A stretch of 64,000 nt of DNA from Verrucomicrobiaceae bacterium (GTDB taxonomy: Bacteria; Verrucomicrobiota; Verrucomicrobiia; Verrucomicrobiales; Verrucomicrobiaceae). The DNA lies in NCBI GenBank assembly GCA_027483245.1, contig JAIXVB010000279.1:9847-73846 (forward strand). The letters run 5' to 3'. Made by a program: the position numbers and the translations under genes. This document shows, piece after piece, positions 48,390-58,200 of this stretch (position 1 is the first letter of the stretch; the number at the start of each line of letters is the position of its first letter). A model generated the notes under the pieces. That model did not search any database and had not been told where the DNA came from. It saw only the letters and a program-made list of their open reading frames with translations.

Positions 48390-48859
48390 TACGGCGATCC
48401 GAAAAAAGCCTGTCGCTGCACCTCGACCATGATCCAGCGCTACCGCGAGCGTATCAGCGGGCCGCTGCTTGACCGTATCGACCTCCATGTGGACGTGACT
48501 CTCGTGGACTACAGAGCTCTGTCCAGCACGGCTGCTGAGGAATCTTCCGAAGAGCCATTCGCCAACAAGTCGAACGGGTGCGCGAGGTGCAGACAGAGCG
48601 GTTCAGAGGCTTAAAAGCCACCCACACGAACAGCAGCAGGACGCCGCACCTCATTAACAAGCACTGCGAGCTAGATGCTGAATGCGCAGGTCTCCTGGAA
48701 CATACCATGAGCGAGATGAACTTCAGCGCCCGCGCCCACGACCGCATCCTGAAAGTTGCCCGAACCCTCGCCGACCTGAAAGGGGTGGAGAGGATCGACC
48801 CAGACAGTGTCCTGGAGGCCATCGGCTACCGCACTCTGGACAGGAATCTTTGGACATAG
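48390..48859 (+). pseudogene. comM: 3' fragment of comM/yifB (Mg-chelatase-like ATPase), frameshifted
   Basis: YGDPKKACRC..RYRERISGPLLDRIDLHV; frameshift near 48553-48556; then SARAHDRILKVARTLADL..EAIGYRTLDR. Confidence 0.92.
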
Positions 48860-48943
48860 CGGTAGCGCGTTAACGGCTTCCTGGCGCCTCCCTGGGCGGC
48901 AAAACTCATTGCGAAACGGGCCGTTTGGATTAACTGGCTACCA

Positions 48944-49528
48944 ATGGGCGACACCGAACGATCTGAGAACCACAAAGACAGCGAGCTAAGCGGGATTCTC
49001 TACACAAACGCCGCCCTGGCCAGCCTGCGTCAGACGCTAGCCAATGTGGCGACGAATTCGTGGATGTATGAAAACCTTGTCATTTCCGCTTTAGACGTGG
49101 CGCTGCCCCCGCCTCCTTTTTCACACCCTAACTGTGGCGTTCAGGCATTCAGGGCACTTTTTCCCCGCATGGAATCCGCCGTGCAAAGCATGTCCGAACA
49201 TGACAGCACCAGCAGTGGGATGAACAGGCGAAGCATGGAAGCTGCGCTCAAGAAGGCGGGCGGCAACTACCATGTGCTGCCACGGCAGCTCCCGAAGACA
49301 GGGCTAGCTTTGATCGAGTGGACCGGCACCTGGCAAGCCGAGGGTTTCTGGGGGAGTGACCTCAAACACACCCACTGGGTCGCAATCGCAGAGGGCTTTG
49401 TCTATGACATCAACTGGTCTGGCTGGCTGCCACGTCGAATATGGGAGGAAGTGGTGCTGGATGAGATGATCGCGAGTCTGCCCAAAACAACAGGCTGGCG
49501 TCCGCATACTGGCTACGAACTGGCATAA
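48944..49528 (+). CDS. Hypothetical protein, possible C39/papain-like fold
   Basis: PNCGV...HTHWVAI...VYDIN gives a Cys-His-Asp order. Confidence 0.45.
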   Translation: MGDTERSENHKDSELSGILYTNAALASLRQTLANVATNSWMYENLVISALDVALPPPPFSHPNCGVQAFRALFPRMESAVQSMSEHDSTSSGMNRRSMEAALKKAGGNYHVLPRQLPKTGLALIEWTGTWQAEGFWGSDLKHTHWVAIAEGFVYDINWSGWLPRRIWEEVVLDEMIASLPKTTGWRPHTGYELA

Positions 49529-49531
49529 CTG

Positions 49532-50650
49532 TCACGCCGCCGCAGGCAGCAGGAGCTGCCGACGAAAACCACCACCATCCGCAGCGAGACCCAGGCGCTC
49601 GTTATACCGCGCTCTTTGCGCGGCGATGTTCTGATCCAGTCTGGAACTCAGGGACGTTCCTTGCAAGGTCGGCTCAAGACGCCATCTCCATTTAGCGCCC
49701 CACTTGCGGAGAACCTGGCGCTTCATCGTCTTGATGAAAGGGTTTGCGTCGATCACCGTGAAGGAATCAAAACAGTCATCCAACTGCTGCAACCTGCCAG
49801 CCCCCGCAAGCATGAGCGGATGAAGCGCTCGCCCCAGCGCCTCCTGCAATGCTACAAGTTGAGCAAAGTATTCGTCACCGAAGTGCTTGTGCTCCGCGCC
49901 AGTTTGAAATTCAAGCGATACCAGCTTTGACTCAGGTTGCTCTTTCAGAACATCCCGCCAGCGGTTCCAATCGAACTGAGTGAGCGCGTTGAGGTGAAAA
50001 ACTGTCGGTATGCCCGCTGTGGTCATGCGCTCAGACAGCCGGAACATCCTGCCGAAGTTATAGAGGTTGTTGGTGCGCGGCACGTCCAGCATGAAAGAAA
50101 AGTTGGGCACGGTCATGGCGAGCGGACGCAGAGCCGCGATGGCATCCAGCAGGTGCCGACTCCGATGAACTTCCCAAAATGCTTCGATCCAACGGTCTGG
50201 GCACACTGAGGTGATGATGAACTGCGTCTCCCTCGAAAGCTTGAAGCTGCGCCGTACTTCATCGGGCGTGTTGTAAAGCACACGCGCACGCTTCAAACGA
50301 TCCTGAGTGATGATCCTGTGGAGCGGAATGGAGACGACTTCTTCATCCAGCAGCGTTGTCCGGCTGCCACCGTGGTCAATCTGCGGAACAAAGATCGGCA
50401 GGGGAGCTGAGTCAGGTGGGAGAACGCGACCTCTTGGCAGAGTATCCAGCCCCTTTACTTCAGAAACCTTGTCGGCGAAAGCCATCGCATTGGTGGGGCA
50501 GGTCATGTCACATCCGTGATGCACACACCAACTCGTGCAGCGGTCTAAGCACCCTCTCTGGAACCCATCTCCAGGCAATCCGCCGCACTGGTCTAGCCAG
50601 CCACACTCGGCGCAAGAAGGGGCAACGGCCCTAGTGATCGGGTAGAACAT
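49532..50650 (-). CDS. DUF4417-like protein with Cys-rich N-terminus
   Basis: Eight Cys within about 45 N-terminal residues; VPNFSFMLDVPRTNNLYN..AGIPTVFHLN resembles DUF4417. Confidence 0.55.
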   Translation of the reverse strand: MFYPITRAVAPSCAECGWLDQCGGLPGDGFQRGCLDRCTSWCVHHGCDMTCPTNAMAFADKVSEVKGLDTLPRGRVLPPDSAPLPIFVPQIDHGGSRTTLLDEEVVSIPLHRIITQDRLKRARVLYNTPDEVRRSFKLSRETQFIITSVCPDRWIEAFWEVHRSRHLLDAIAALRPLAMTVPNFSFMLDVPRTNNLYNFGRMFRLSERMTTAGIPTVFHLNALTQFDWNRWRDVLKEQPESKLVSLEFQTGAEHKHFGDEYFAQLVALQEALGRALHPLMLAGAGRLQQLDDCFDSFTVIDANPFIKTMKRQVLRKWGAKWRWRLEPTLQGTSLSSRLDQNIAAQRARYNERLGLAADGGGFRRQLLLPAAA

Positions 50651-50652
50651 AA

Positions 50653-51075
50653 TCAGGGGTTCTTGAACGGCCTTTTTGATCTGACGCGAAAAACTCCATC
50701 AAATGAGGCTTCGCTTTCAACTACCACTGAAATGACGCCGTAGTGGTAATTCTTCCTCATCAACGTAGTGAGCAACTCCGCGTCTTCTGGAAGAACATGC
50801 GCGATGAACTTGCCGCGCTGCATCAGGCGGACATCGGATTCTGAGAAGGCGCGTGCAACGAGAGGAACTCCAGGTCTGAGGTCAGCAGCATCCTCGGTGA
50901 GCTGGCAGTTGAAGTGGTGAGTGACGCAGTCTCCTTTCACTCGGGTGAGGAGGTCAGGAGTGGACAACTCAGCCTCACAAGCGACATCGCTTTTTTGCTG
51001 GAACTGTTCGGCTTTTAAACGAATAAAGTTTAGGCCCATAATGTGAACTTTTTGGCTAGGGGTGAATAGATCCAA
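50653..51075 (-). CDS. Small hypothetical protein
   Basis: Tightly packed in the operon; alternative start ATG 51039. Confidence 0.6.
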   Translation of the reverse strand: MDLFTPSQKVHIMGLNFIRLKAEQFQQKSDVACEAELSTPDLLTRVKGDCVTHHFNCQLTEDAADLRPGVPLVARAFSESDVRLMQRGKFIAHVLPEDAELLTTLMRKNYHYGVISVVVESEASFDGVFRVRSKRPFKNP

Positions 51076-51653
51076 TACTTGCCGCTGCGCTGACGGGTGA
51101 CGAGCCGCACGGCAAACAGATCAGCCAGTCTGTTGCTCCAGCCGTTCACCGTGATGCGCTCATCAGACGTGTCAGCAAGTTGTGCCGCAGTCGCCTCGCC
51201 AAGCGCGCAGAGCGATCTCAGAGTGGAAAAGAGGAAGCCATCAAGCCTGCCGAGGATGGCAGCCTTCTCAATCTTTGGCGGAGAGCCTTCGGTCACCAAA
51301 AGGACAGGTAGGTTTCGCTGCGCAAAGAAGTCATGGACCTCATCCGCGACCTCCGGCGAGCACCCGGTCAGCACAGGAAAAATCGGCAAGGGGCGCAAAG
51401 CCCATGGATCGGTCAGACTGCTGGCGGGGGTCTGTTTCGCGTCCGCTTGCCCGCAGAGTAGCGCCCACAGCACCGTCGCCCGCAAGTAGCTCCCGGTGAT
51501 ACTTTCCGCCTTGCTCAAATCTATAGCTAGAACAACGCTTCTATCGGAGCACTCTTGAAGTTGACGCATCACTGGCTCCATGTCTGCCTGCGCAGAGGAA
51601 GCACCAAAAAGATGCTGACGACTTGATTTGAGCTGAAGAATCGAAAGCCCCAT
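51030..51653 (-). CDS. STAS-like domain plus C-terminal winged HTH
   Basis: VVLAIDLSKAESITGSYL (STAS-like); GEATAAQLAD...WSNRLADL..RLVTRQRSGKYWIYSP (wHTH). Confidence 0.6.
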   Translation of the reverse strand: MGLSILQLKSSRQHLFGASSAQADMEPVMRQLQECSDRSVVLAIDLSKAESITGSYLRATVLWALLCGQADAKQTPASSLTDPWALRPLPIFPVLTGCSPEVADEVHDFFAQRNLPVLLVTEGSPPKIEKAAILGRLDGFLFSTLRSLCALGEATAAQLADTSDERITVNGWSNRLADLFAVRLVTRQRSGKYWIYSPLAKKFTLWA

Positions 51654-51685
51654 GAATCATTCAATAACTGTACTTGGTGATTGAG

Positions 51686-52561
51686 TCAATTAGAAAACTC
51701 TATCTGTCGCTCCTCGGGAGCGTTTCTGAGATCACAAGCAAGGCTGACCTGCATACCGCGAAGTTGTGGTGAAGAAAAGAAAGCCGCCTCTCGCTGGTCG
51801 TCGCGCGGTCGCAACAGAACGGATGCATCATCGCTTCGCAGCCGGAGCATGGCATTCCGGTCCGCAAGCGCTCGAAGCACCTGCTTGAAACCTTCTCCCT
51901 CTCCCTGTCCATCCCTTCGGCTGGCGTGATCCACGATGATCGCCTTTAGCGCCTCAGTTGCGCTTTTTAGATGCCGCCAATTCCTTGAGGAGGCAAGGCT
52001 GGTGAAAGCCCCGATTCCAATGTCGGCGACACAGAAAGCGACATACCCATCTGCCACATGATAACCAGCCAGTCCGGTAAATTCATCGGAACAAGCTTGG
52101 GCGAGGCTGTGCTGGTTCACGTTGTCCGCCATTTCATGGAGAACTTTTGCCAAGGCCAAAGCAAAATCTTTGCTGAAACCTGCCTGTCCCATCGAGCGCG
52201 ACATTCGCTCCCGAACCAACTGAAAGTCTGTCCCTTGAATCGAGGCTGCATTCCGAATCCTGAAAAACTCCAACGATCTTGTCCCATGAATGTCTTCGGA
52301 GCAGTGCGCCTTGCTTATCCTGTGCCATTCAGTGAGCAACAGATTGAAGATTGGATGGCCCTCTCTCGCAGAAGCCTCCATCTCCGCCAAAAGGTTCGAT
52401 GAAGGTTTCTCTTCCATGGCCGACAGGAAAAGCTCCATCGCCCCCGAGAGCGTAAAACCACTGAAGCGAGCAAGGGAGGCTTTGGCTCCCTGCCCACGAG
52501 CAATCAACCGCCTGCAAGACTCAACGTTGTTGGAATCAAGAATCAAATTAGGAAGAGCCAC
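51686..52561 (-). CDS. Stand-alone GHKL/HATPase-like protein
   Basis: LHEMADNVNQHS (N-box), CVADIGIG (G1), GQGEGEGF (G2); no H-box. Confidence 0.68.
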   Translation of the reverse strand: MALPNLILDSNNVESCRRLIARGQGAKASLARFSGFTLSGAMELFLSAMEEKPSSNLLAEMEASAREGHPIFNLLLTEWHRISKAHCSEDIHGTRSLEFFRIRNAASIQGTDFQLVRERMSRSMGQAGFSKDFALALAKVLHEMADNVNQHSLAQACSDEFTGLAGYHVADGYVAFCVADIGIGAFTSLASSRNWRHLKSATEALKAIIVDHASRRDGQGEGEGFKQVLRALADRNAMLRLRSDDASVLLRPRDDQREAAFFSSPQLRGMQVSLACDLRNAPEERQIEFSN

Positions 52562-52729
52562 AGGCTCGAAGACAAATAAATGCCCTGTGCCTGCTTGGTC
52601 AAGAAAGTGAATGATAAGAATGGCAAAACAGCCAAGTCTATCGTCGTCCTACCCCAACCAAAACTTCCAGATCGGGAGCAAGTGCTACCAGCCTTTCTCG
52701 AAGCCGCCGAAACGGCACACGCCTCCAGA

Positions 52730-53053
52730 CTACCAGTTCCTCACGGACTTCACATCCACCCCGACCCGTTTGGCGAACTGATGCTTATCAAGCCCGAGGT
52801 GGCGTCTTAAAGCCAAAACAGCTTCCGCATGAGTATTGCAGGGAGGAGGGGATGGGGCATAGCCGAGGAAGTCAAAAATCTTTGGCCATTTCCCGATACC
52901 TGGTGAAACCCGGTCTCCTTCCCATCCATTGTAGGCCATGAATGAAATTCCAAACCGCGCACCCGCCTGTTCCTGGGGCAGCCCAAGATCGAGACGACAC
53001 TTCCTCAAATGCTCGCCTAGACTCCCCGGAGTTGCTGGATACCCCTTCACCAT
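52730..53053 (-). pseudogene. Second tandem XRE-HTH protein, probably truncated by a nonsense change
   Basis: Paralogue of 47838-48303 (GYPATPGSLGEHLRKCRLDLGL...LRRHLGLDK..VKSVRNW*); TAG falls where the paralogue has Glu (NWE). Confidence 0.65.
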
Positions 53054-53310
53054 CTTCTCATGCGGCCCAAAGCAACGTTTAGAACCCTGAATATAAGCGA
53101 TGAAAATAGGCAACGTAGCCAGAGGCTGTGGGGCAGATGTTTGCGGCTCTGATGCAAGCTTTGCAGATTGTGATGGATATCTTCCAGGATCGGAGCACTG
53201 CGCTCCTACCTGGCCGCCCGTGCTTCCATCCCAAACTTGTGCCCACTCTTTCGCCCTTTGACGGATCCATTTCAAAATTCATATTACGCCCCTGAAAAAT
53301 GCTATATATG

Positions 53311-54192
53311 TTATCGGAAAATAATCGAATGATAACGCCCCTCCTCATTCCAATAACAAATATCACGTTTAAACAATTCGTGGTTACCATCGGGATGCAA
53401 AAGGGTTAGGGTTCTACGCCTAGCTGCTAGATAGTAAAGCCAGCGACAGAGAAATTGCTCATCCTGACCATATGCCCCCCAGTGCGATAGCCCCACGTGT
53501 GTCAATTCTGGAAAGGCCTTTACCTCCTGAGCCATAGCCACATCCCGATTCATAATTATCCAAGCCTGGGCAGAAGCTTTAAATTCAAGCGGCCCTCGAA
53601 TACAACAACTACCATGGATTGACCTGTATATCAGCCGGTTCAATACATCGCGCCAATCACTTGTTGTAGTCCTAACAAGGAATACGCCCAAATCTAAAGC
53701 AACACGCACAATATTTTGATAATCACCTAACGCATAGTTGTCCGCTCCACGAGCTACGCACAATACATCTTCCTCGACTGGCAAGTACCTCCATAACATT
53801 CCAGGCATAGATTCCCAGGAGGCGTATTCCATCAGGAAAATCTCAACATCTAGGGGAATAAAGTCGATCAGAAACGATAGATCTCGGGCCAGATAAACTC
53901 TATGAACCCATCCCTCTGGTAAAATTTGGCGACACCCATCTAGAAATGGTAAAAAATAATTTCCCCACCAAGACACACTATGGCGACCCGACAAATGAGG
54001 CTCTTGTAGGGCCTTCAATGATGCAGGTCTATGCAACCAAAGATGAGGAGCATGCGTCCCCCAGTATAATGAGGTGGACACAACGACCTTTTTAGCAACC
54101 GGGATCACATTGATTCTATCTGAAACGCTAAAGAGCTCCGGCAGAGTATGCGCATGAGAATCACGAATAAACTGGGGGAATACATCTTGCAT
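53311..54192 (-). CDS. Uncharacterised glycosyltransferase-like protein
   Basis: VVSTSLYWG...GWVHRVY...GMLWRYLP...RGAD...GQDEQFL, matching the SFSLWG/GMFWRF motif family; function inferred. Confidence 0.45.
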   Translation of the reverse strand: MQDVFPQFIRDSHAHTLPELFSVSDRINVIPVAKKVVVSTSLYWGTHAPHLWLHRPASLKALQEPHLSGRHSVSWWGNYFLPFLDGCRQILPEGWVHRVYLARDLSFLIDFIPLDVEIFLMEYASWESMPGMLWRYLPVEEDVLCVARGADNYALGDYQNIVRVALDLGVFLVRTTTSDWRDVLNRLIYRSIHGSCCIRGPLEFKASAQAWIIMNRDVAMAQEVKAFPELTHVGLSHWGAYGQDEQFLCRWLYYLAARRRTLTLLHPDGNHELFKRDICYWNEEGRYHSIIFR

Positions 54193-54193
54193 G

Positions 54194-54970
54194 TCAATCT
54201 CGAGGCCGCCCATTTGCATCAATGAAAAATGGAGGCCGCATGACCAGTTTCCACTGTTCATTAGTTAGTGTTTCCTTATCCAGTAAAGATGAGTCGCTAT
54301 TGTTCCACCCGGGAGTTGGAGGCGTTAAATAGCTGTCTCCTTGAAGAGGATTACGCCTAAATTGAACGCCACCTGGAACCACGCGAATTAGAATACTTCT
54401 CCTGGGATGAGAGTGGCCTCTGTGATAAGTTCCGTGCGTAAGCGCTTCAGTGAAGATAATTATAGAACCAGCTTTTTGGGGAAGCTGAATCATATGAGGA
54501 TGCTTATCAATCTCAAACCATTCAGGCGGACAATCCACATTTGATTTGTGCGAACCAGGGACACAACAAAACCCTCCCGCTCCTGCCGGGATATCCATAA
54601 GCGCAATGCTGATAGTAAGAAGTGAAGTATAAGGCCTACCACGTTGAAAACTATACGTCACTCCAAGATCGACTATGTGACTTTGGTGATGAAGTCGTCC
54701 TTTGGTGGAGTAAAATTGTTCACTAACGCCGAATGCGTGATCAATTCTAAATCCTTTGCCGAGCAAACACTGTAATGTGGATGACAAGGCCCCCAATGAA
54801 AGGAGATCGGTCCAAGGGACTCCCCAAGCAAAGTTAATATCGAACATATCACGACCGGCAATCTTTTGATCCCAACATGCATTTAACTGAACCAAGCATT
54901 CATTGCTTATATGATTATCAACCTTTAAATAACCATTGAGATCAAAAGAATATTTATCTTCGCTATTCAT
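54194..54970 (-). CDS. Phytanoyl-CoA dioxygenase (PhyH) family 2OG-Fe(II) enzyme
   Basis: FDLNGYL, LHHQSH, CVPGSHKS, KAGSIIIFTEALTHGT; ATG 54970 overlaps the upstream stop. Confidence 0.8.
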   Translation of the reverse strand: MNSEDKYSFDLNGYLKVDNHISNECLVQLNACWDQKIAGRDMFDINFAWGVPWTDLLSLGALSSTLQCLLGKGFRIDHAFGVSEQFYSTKGRLHHQSHIVDLGVTYSFQRGRPYTSLLTISIALMDIPAGAGGFCCVPGSHKSNVDCPPEWFEIDKHPHMIQLPQKAGSIIIFTEALTHGTYHRGHSHPRRSILIRVVPGGVQFRRNPLQGDSYLTPPTPGWNNSDSSLLDKETLTNEQWKLVMRPPFFIDANGRPRD

Positions 54971-55191
54971 AACATGACTCCCAGAAGAGTGCCTAATGAA
55001 TACAAAAAACACGTGGCCGCGCCTGACAACCACATTATGGTCACGAACCAGAACATGGCAGGACTATTATCACGGTCGAATCGATATGCTTCGGCAATTG
55101 CTTTACCTGTATGCAGTCCGCGGAGACCCAGAAAAGCAAATAATAAAGCGACTACAAGCACCATAATCGCACGAATGACTTCACTGTTCAT
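54967..55191 (-). CDS. Small two-helix membrane protein, candidate RHS immunity protein
   Basis: 74 aa; TM-loop(RDNSPAMFWF)-TM; starts 10 nt after the RHS stop. Confidence 0.6.
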   Translation of the reverse strand: MNSEVIRAIMVLVVALLFAFLGLRGLHTGKAIAEAYRFDRDNSPAMFWFVTIMWLSGAATCFLYSLGTLLGVML

Positions 55192-55201
55192 TTCAGATTT
55201 T

Positions 55202-58200
55202 CTATTTGCAGAATTTATCGTAACAGTCTTTTGCTTTCTGAGCTGCATCCACGATACCCAGGACGTTGCCGATAACGGGAAGTGATCTGGCGAATCTCCT
55301 CAGCCCGCTAAGAGTGGCGAATCCAGAACGCATCCCTCGTCCAGCTCTGCCATTATCAACATACCCGCGCAAGCGGGCGTGTTCTGCATCTCCTCCCGCC
55401 GCGTTGTAATCTGCATTATATAGCTCCCCGGCACTGCCAAAGCCCCCAGCAGCATTACCCACTCCAGGAGCACCACCACCAAATACACCAGGATTAACAG
55501 CCATACTCCAATCGCCCCGCTGGAATAAATTAATTTCAACGCCTGTTAGTCCAAGAAGATTTCCCAAAACTGGGGCCAGGCCAATAAATGCATTAATGCC
55601 GACGTCAAGGAGACAGCGAGCTGCACCATCTTTGTCCCTGCAATTAATCCCGTCACCTTGATCATAATTTTTCCTTATGGATATAACACCACCACCACCG
55701 CCGCCGCCACCGCCACCCGAATCCTTCGATCTCTCACGGCCTTCAGGCGGATTGCCAAAACAAGTCTCGACAGTTGATCCATCTTCGAGCGTAACATTCA
55801 CCAGATCCACATTACAGCACCACTCACCAGTACCGCGTGCTTGCACGTTGTTAGTGCCAGGAGGGCAACAACCAGGCTCGAGACCAAGGAAATCATGCTG
55901 ATTAATTGTGTCATTTCCTGTCATTCTGTACATATTGTTACCCGCGTCCTCAGCTATAGGATCTCTCGATAACCACCTGCCGAGGTCAACACTAAAATAC
56001 CGAAATCCATAGTTATAAAAACCGGTATATGCATCTTTCATCTGTCCATGGAACAATACATTCCATTCGATATTGGAGGATATCTTTTCTTGGAAATTGC
56101 TGTTCAAAAACCGAGTTTTTCCAAAAGAAGAATAGGAGTAGCGTTCCAGGATATTACCACTCGTGTCAACGGTCGATACAGTATCATAGTAGTCGCTCAA
56201 ACAATATACACTCTCATCTAACGAGCCGTTTCCGTTGGTGTCTCTATCCCTCCTCAAAAGTTCATCTCTATGCCCAGGTCTTAGGCTCCAAAAATATAAA
56301 GTATCAGGAGTATTAGAGGAGTTAATACGCTCCTCCAACACTTTCCACGAGAGGTCATAATAAAAGTGACGGACAGTATTGTTTGAAGTGGAAGATATTC
56401 TTGCAGAAAGTCCATCATAGCTATACCTAACGATCTCGTTAGAATTTCTCGAATTCCTGATCCGAGTCAATCGGTTCCAGGCATCCCAGACAAGGAGGTA
56501 ACCCGAACTCTGGTCTTGGGAGATAGCTTGTCCATAGTGCTGCATATTACCAACCTTATCATAGGATATGCCACTTGCTATTTCATCAATGCTCTCGATT
56601 TGATTATTCTGGTTATAAGAACGGCGCTGCACGAATTCTGCTTCGTCGCGGTTGGACGTTTTGTACTTATGCCAGTTACCAGTAGGGTCATATTGAAAAT
56701 TTTCCTCGAATACAGGGATACCGGCAATTGAGCTTCGGTTGATATTTAGAGTGCCCTCGGATAGTGACAAAAGTTGCCCAATCCCATCATATTCAAAAAA
56801 CTTGTCTTGCGGGTCGGTGACTGGAGCCGCCAATTCCTGCCGCCATTTTCTCCGGCTAGATCTGTCGTAACCATACTGAATTCCATTTAATAAATCACCA
56901 CTTGCAGACCTCTTCCAACGCATTTCCACTGTGCGTCCAAACCGATCGTACCCACTATAGGGGTCTCCAGAGTCTCCTGCTGGAGCATCAACGGGCTTAA
57001 TGTAACTCAATACCAAGTTCGGTTGCTCCATCTCCAGTTCAAGAAAGCGTGCCAAACCAGCCCATTTGAAAGCTGCAAGCTGTGTAGATTCACCTGAAAT
57101 TTGTGTTCCACTCAAACGCGCCAATCTATCGTCTATTCCATTTTCCAAACCGTATTTAACTAACACCTCATGCCCGGATGGATACTCAATGCTTTTCCGT
57201 CGCACCTGATTAGTCGACCCATCATCATATGTGTAACGGACTCGAGGAGTTGAGGACGACGTTGCCCCGCTATGACTTTGAATGTCCTCTGAGATTTGCC
57301 TATAAGCATTGTAGACAAGTGCAACTTCATTCAAGATTGAGCCTTGCCCAACTATGGGGCTGGAGTAGCTTCTAACACGACTCATTAGTCCGTAACTATT
57401 GTAAGACAAGCTGATCCGCCTCACCGTTGAGTCTATTCCAGGCCCAATGGAGATCACACGATCTTCGATGATACGTCCTGACTTATCTAGCACGAGATCA
57501 TGATCAGTCCCATTTGCATCTGTGTACCCGATGATCTCGCTCTGTCTATTATATCTGTAAGATATGAAGCTAATTGCATTATTGAGTTGGTCCCTTCCGC
57601 CGGGGTATACCTTGCTCCTTAGCAAGTCAGTTCTGACCACTCCACTGCCATTGTCATCAACTCCATACTCCCAGGACGTTACTTGGTCTCCAGTGGCAAC
57701 ATTACTAACGATCAGCCTCGAGACTTCCCCCTCAGAACTGTAGCTGATTTCGCTCGTCCTGTTTGCCGAAGCGTGTGCAGCCTCTGCGTCTTCCACAAAA
57801 TTTTCTACTACCTTGATTTTCCTACCAAGACAGTCACTCCACCACCTAGTGATGTTGCCATCCGGAGAAATTGCTTGAGAAGGTTGGCCTCGCTGCGCAT
57901 ACGCAATTCTTGTGACGAGTATGGTATCAGTGGAGACTGGGCTAATCAGAGGCCGTTCAAATTCGCGGCCACCAAGTGTGCCAAAATTTGCGGTTGCCTG
58001 ATTTCGACCAATGGGATCAGCCCACTGTGCAGTATATGTAACGCGAGCCCGAGGTTGATTCCCATTGGGACCAAGAAGTGCGCCCGTGCCGGAAGCATCA
58101 TGAAAACGCTGGAAGTTTTCGGTATACAAAACATTATTTGCAGAGTCATAAACAGTGGCATTCTGCTCTATGACAATGTCATTTGTCACATTATTAGAAT

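Noticed and set aside
53122-53280. A second comM fragment after the second end motif
   Set aside because: Translation (CGADVCGSDA...) shows no comM signature.
55686-55718. GGT/GGC run as a contingency repeat
   Set aside because: It is an in-frame mixed-codon Gly linker inside the RHS cargo.
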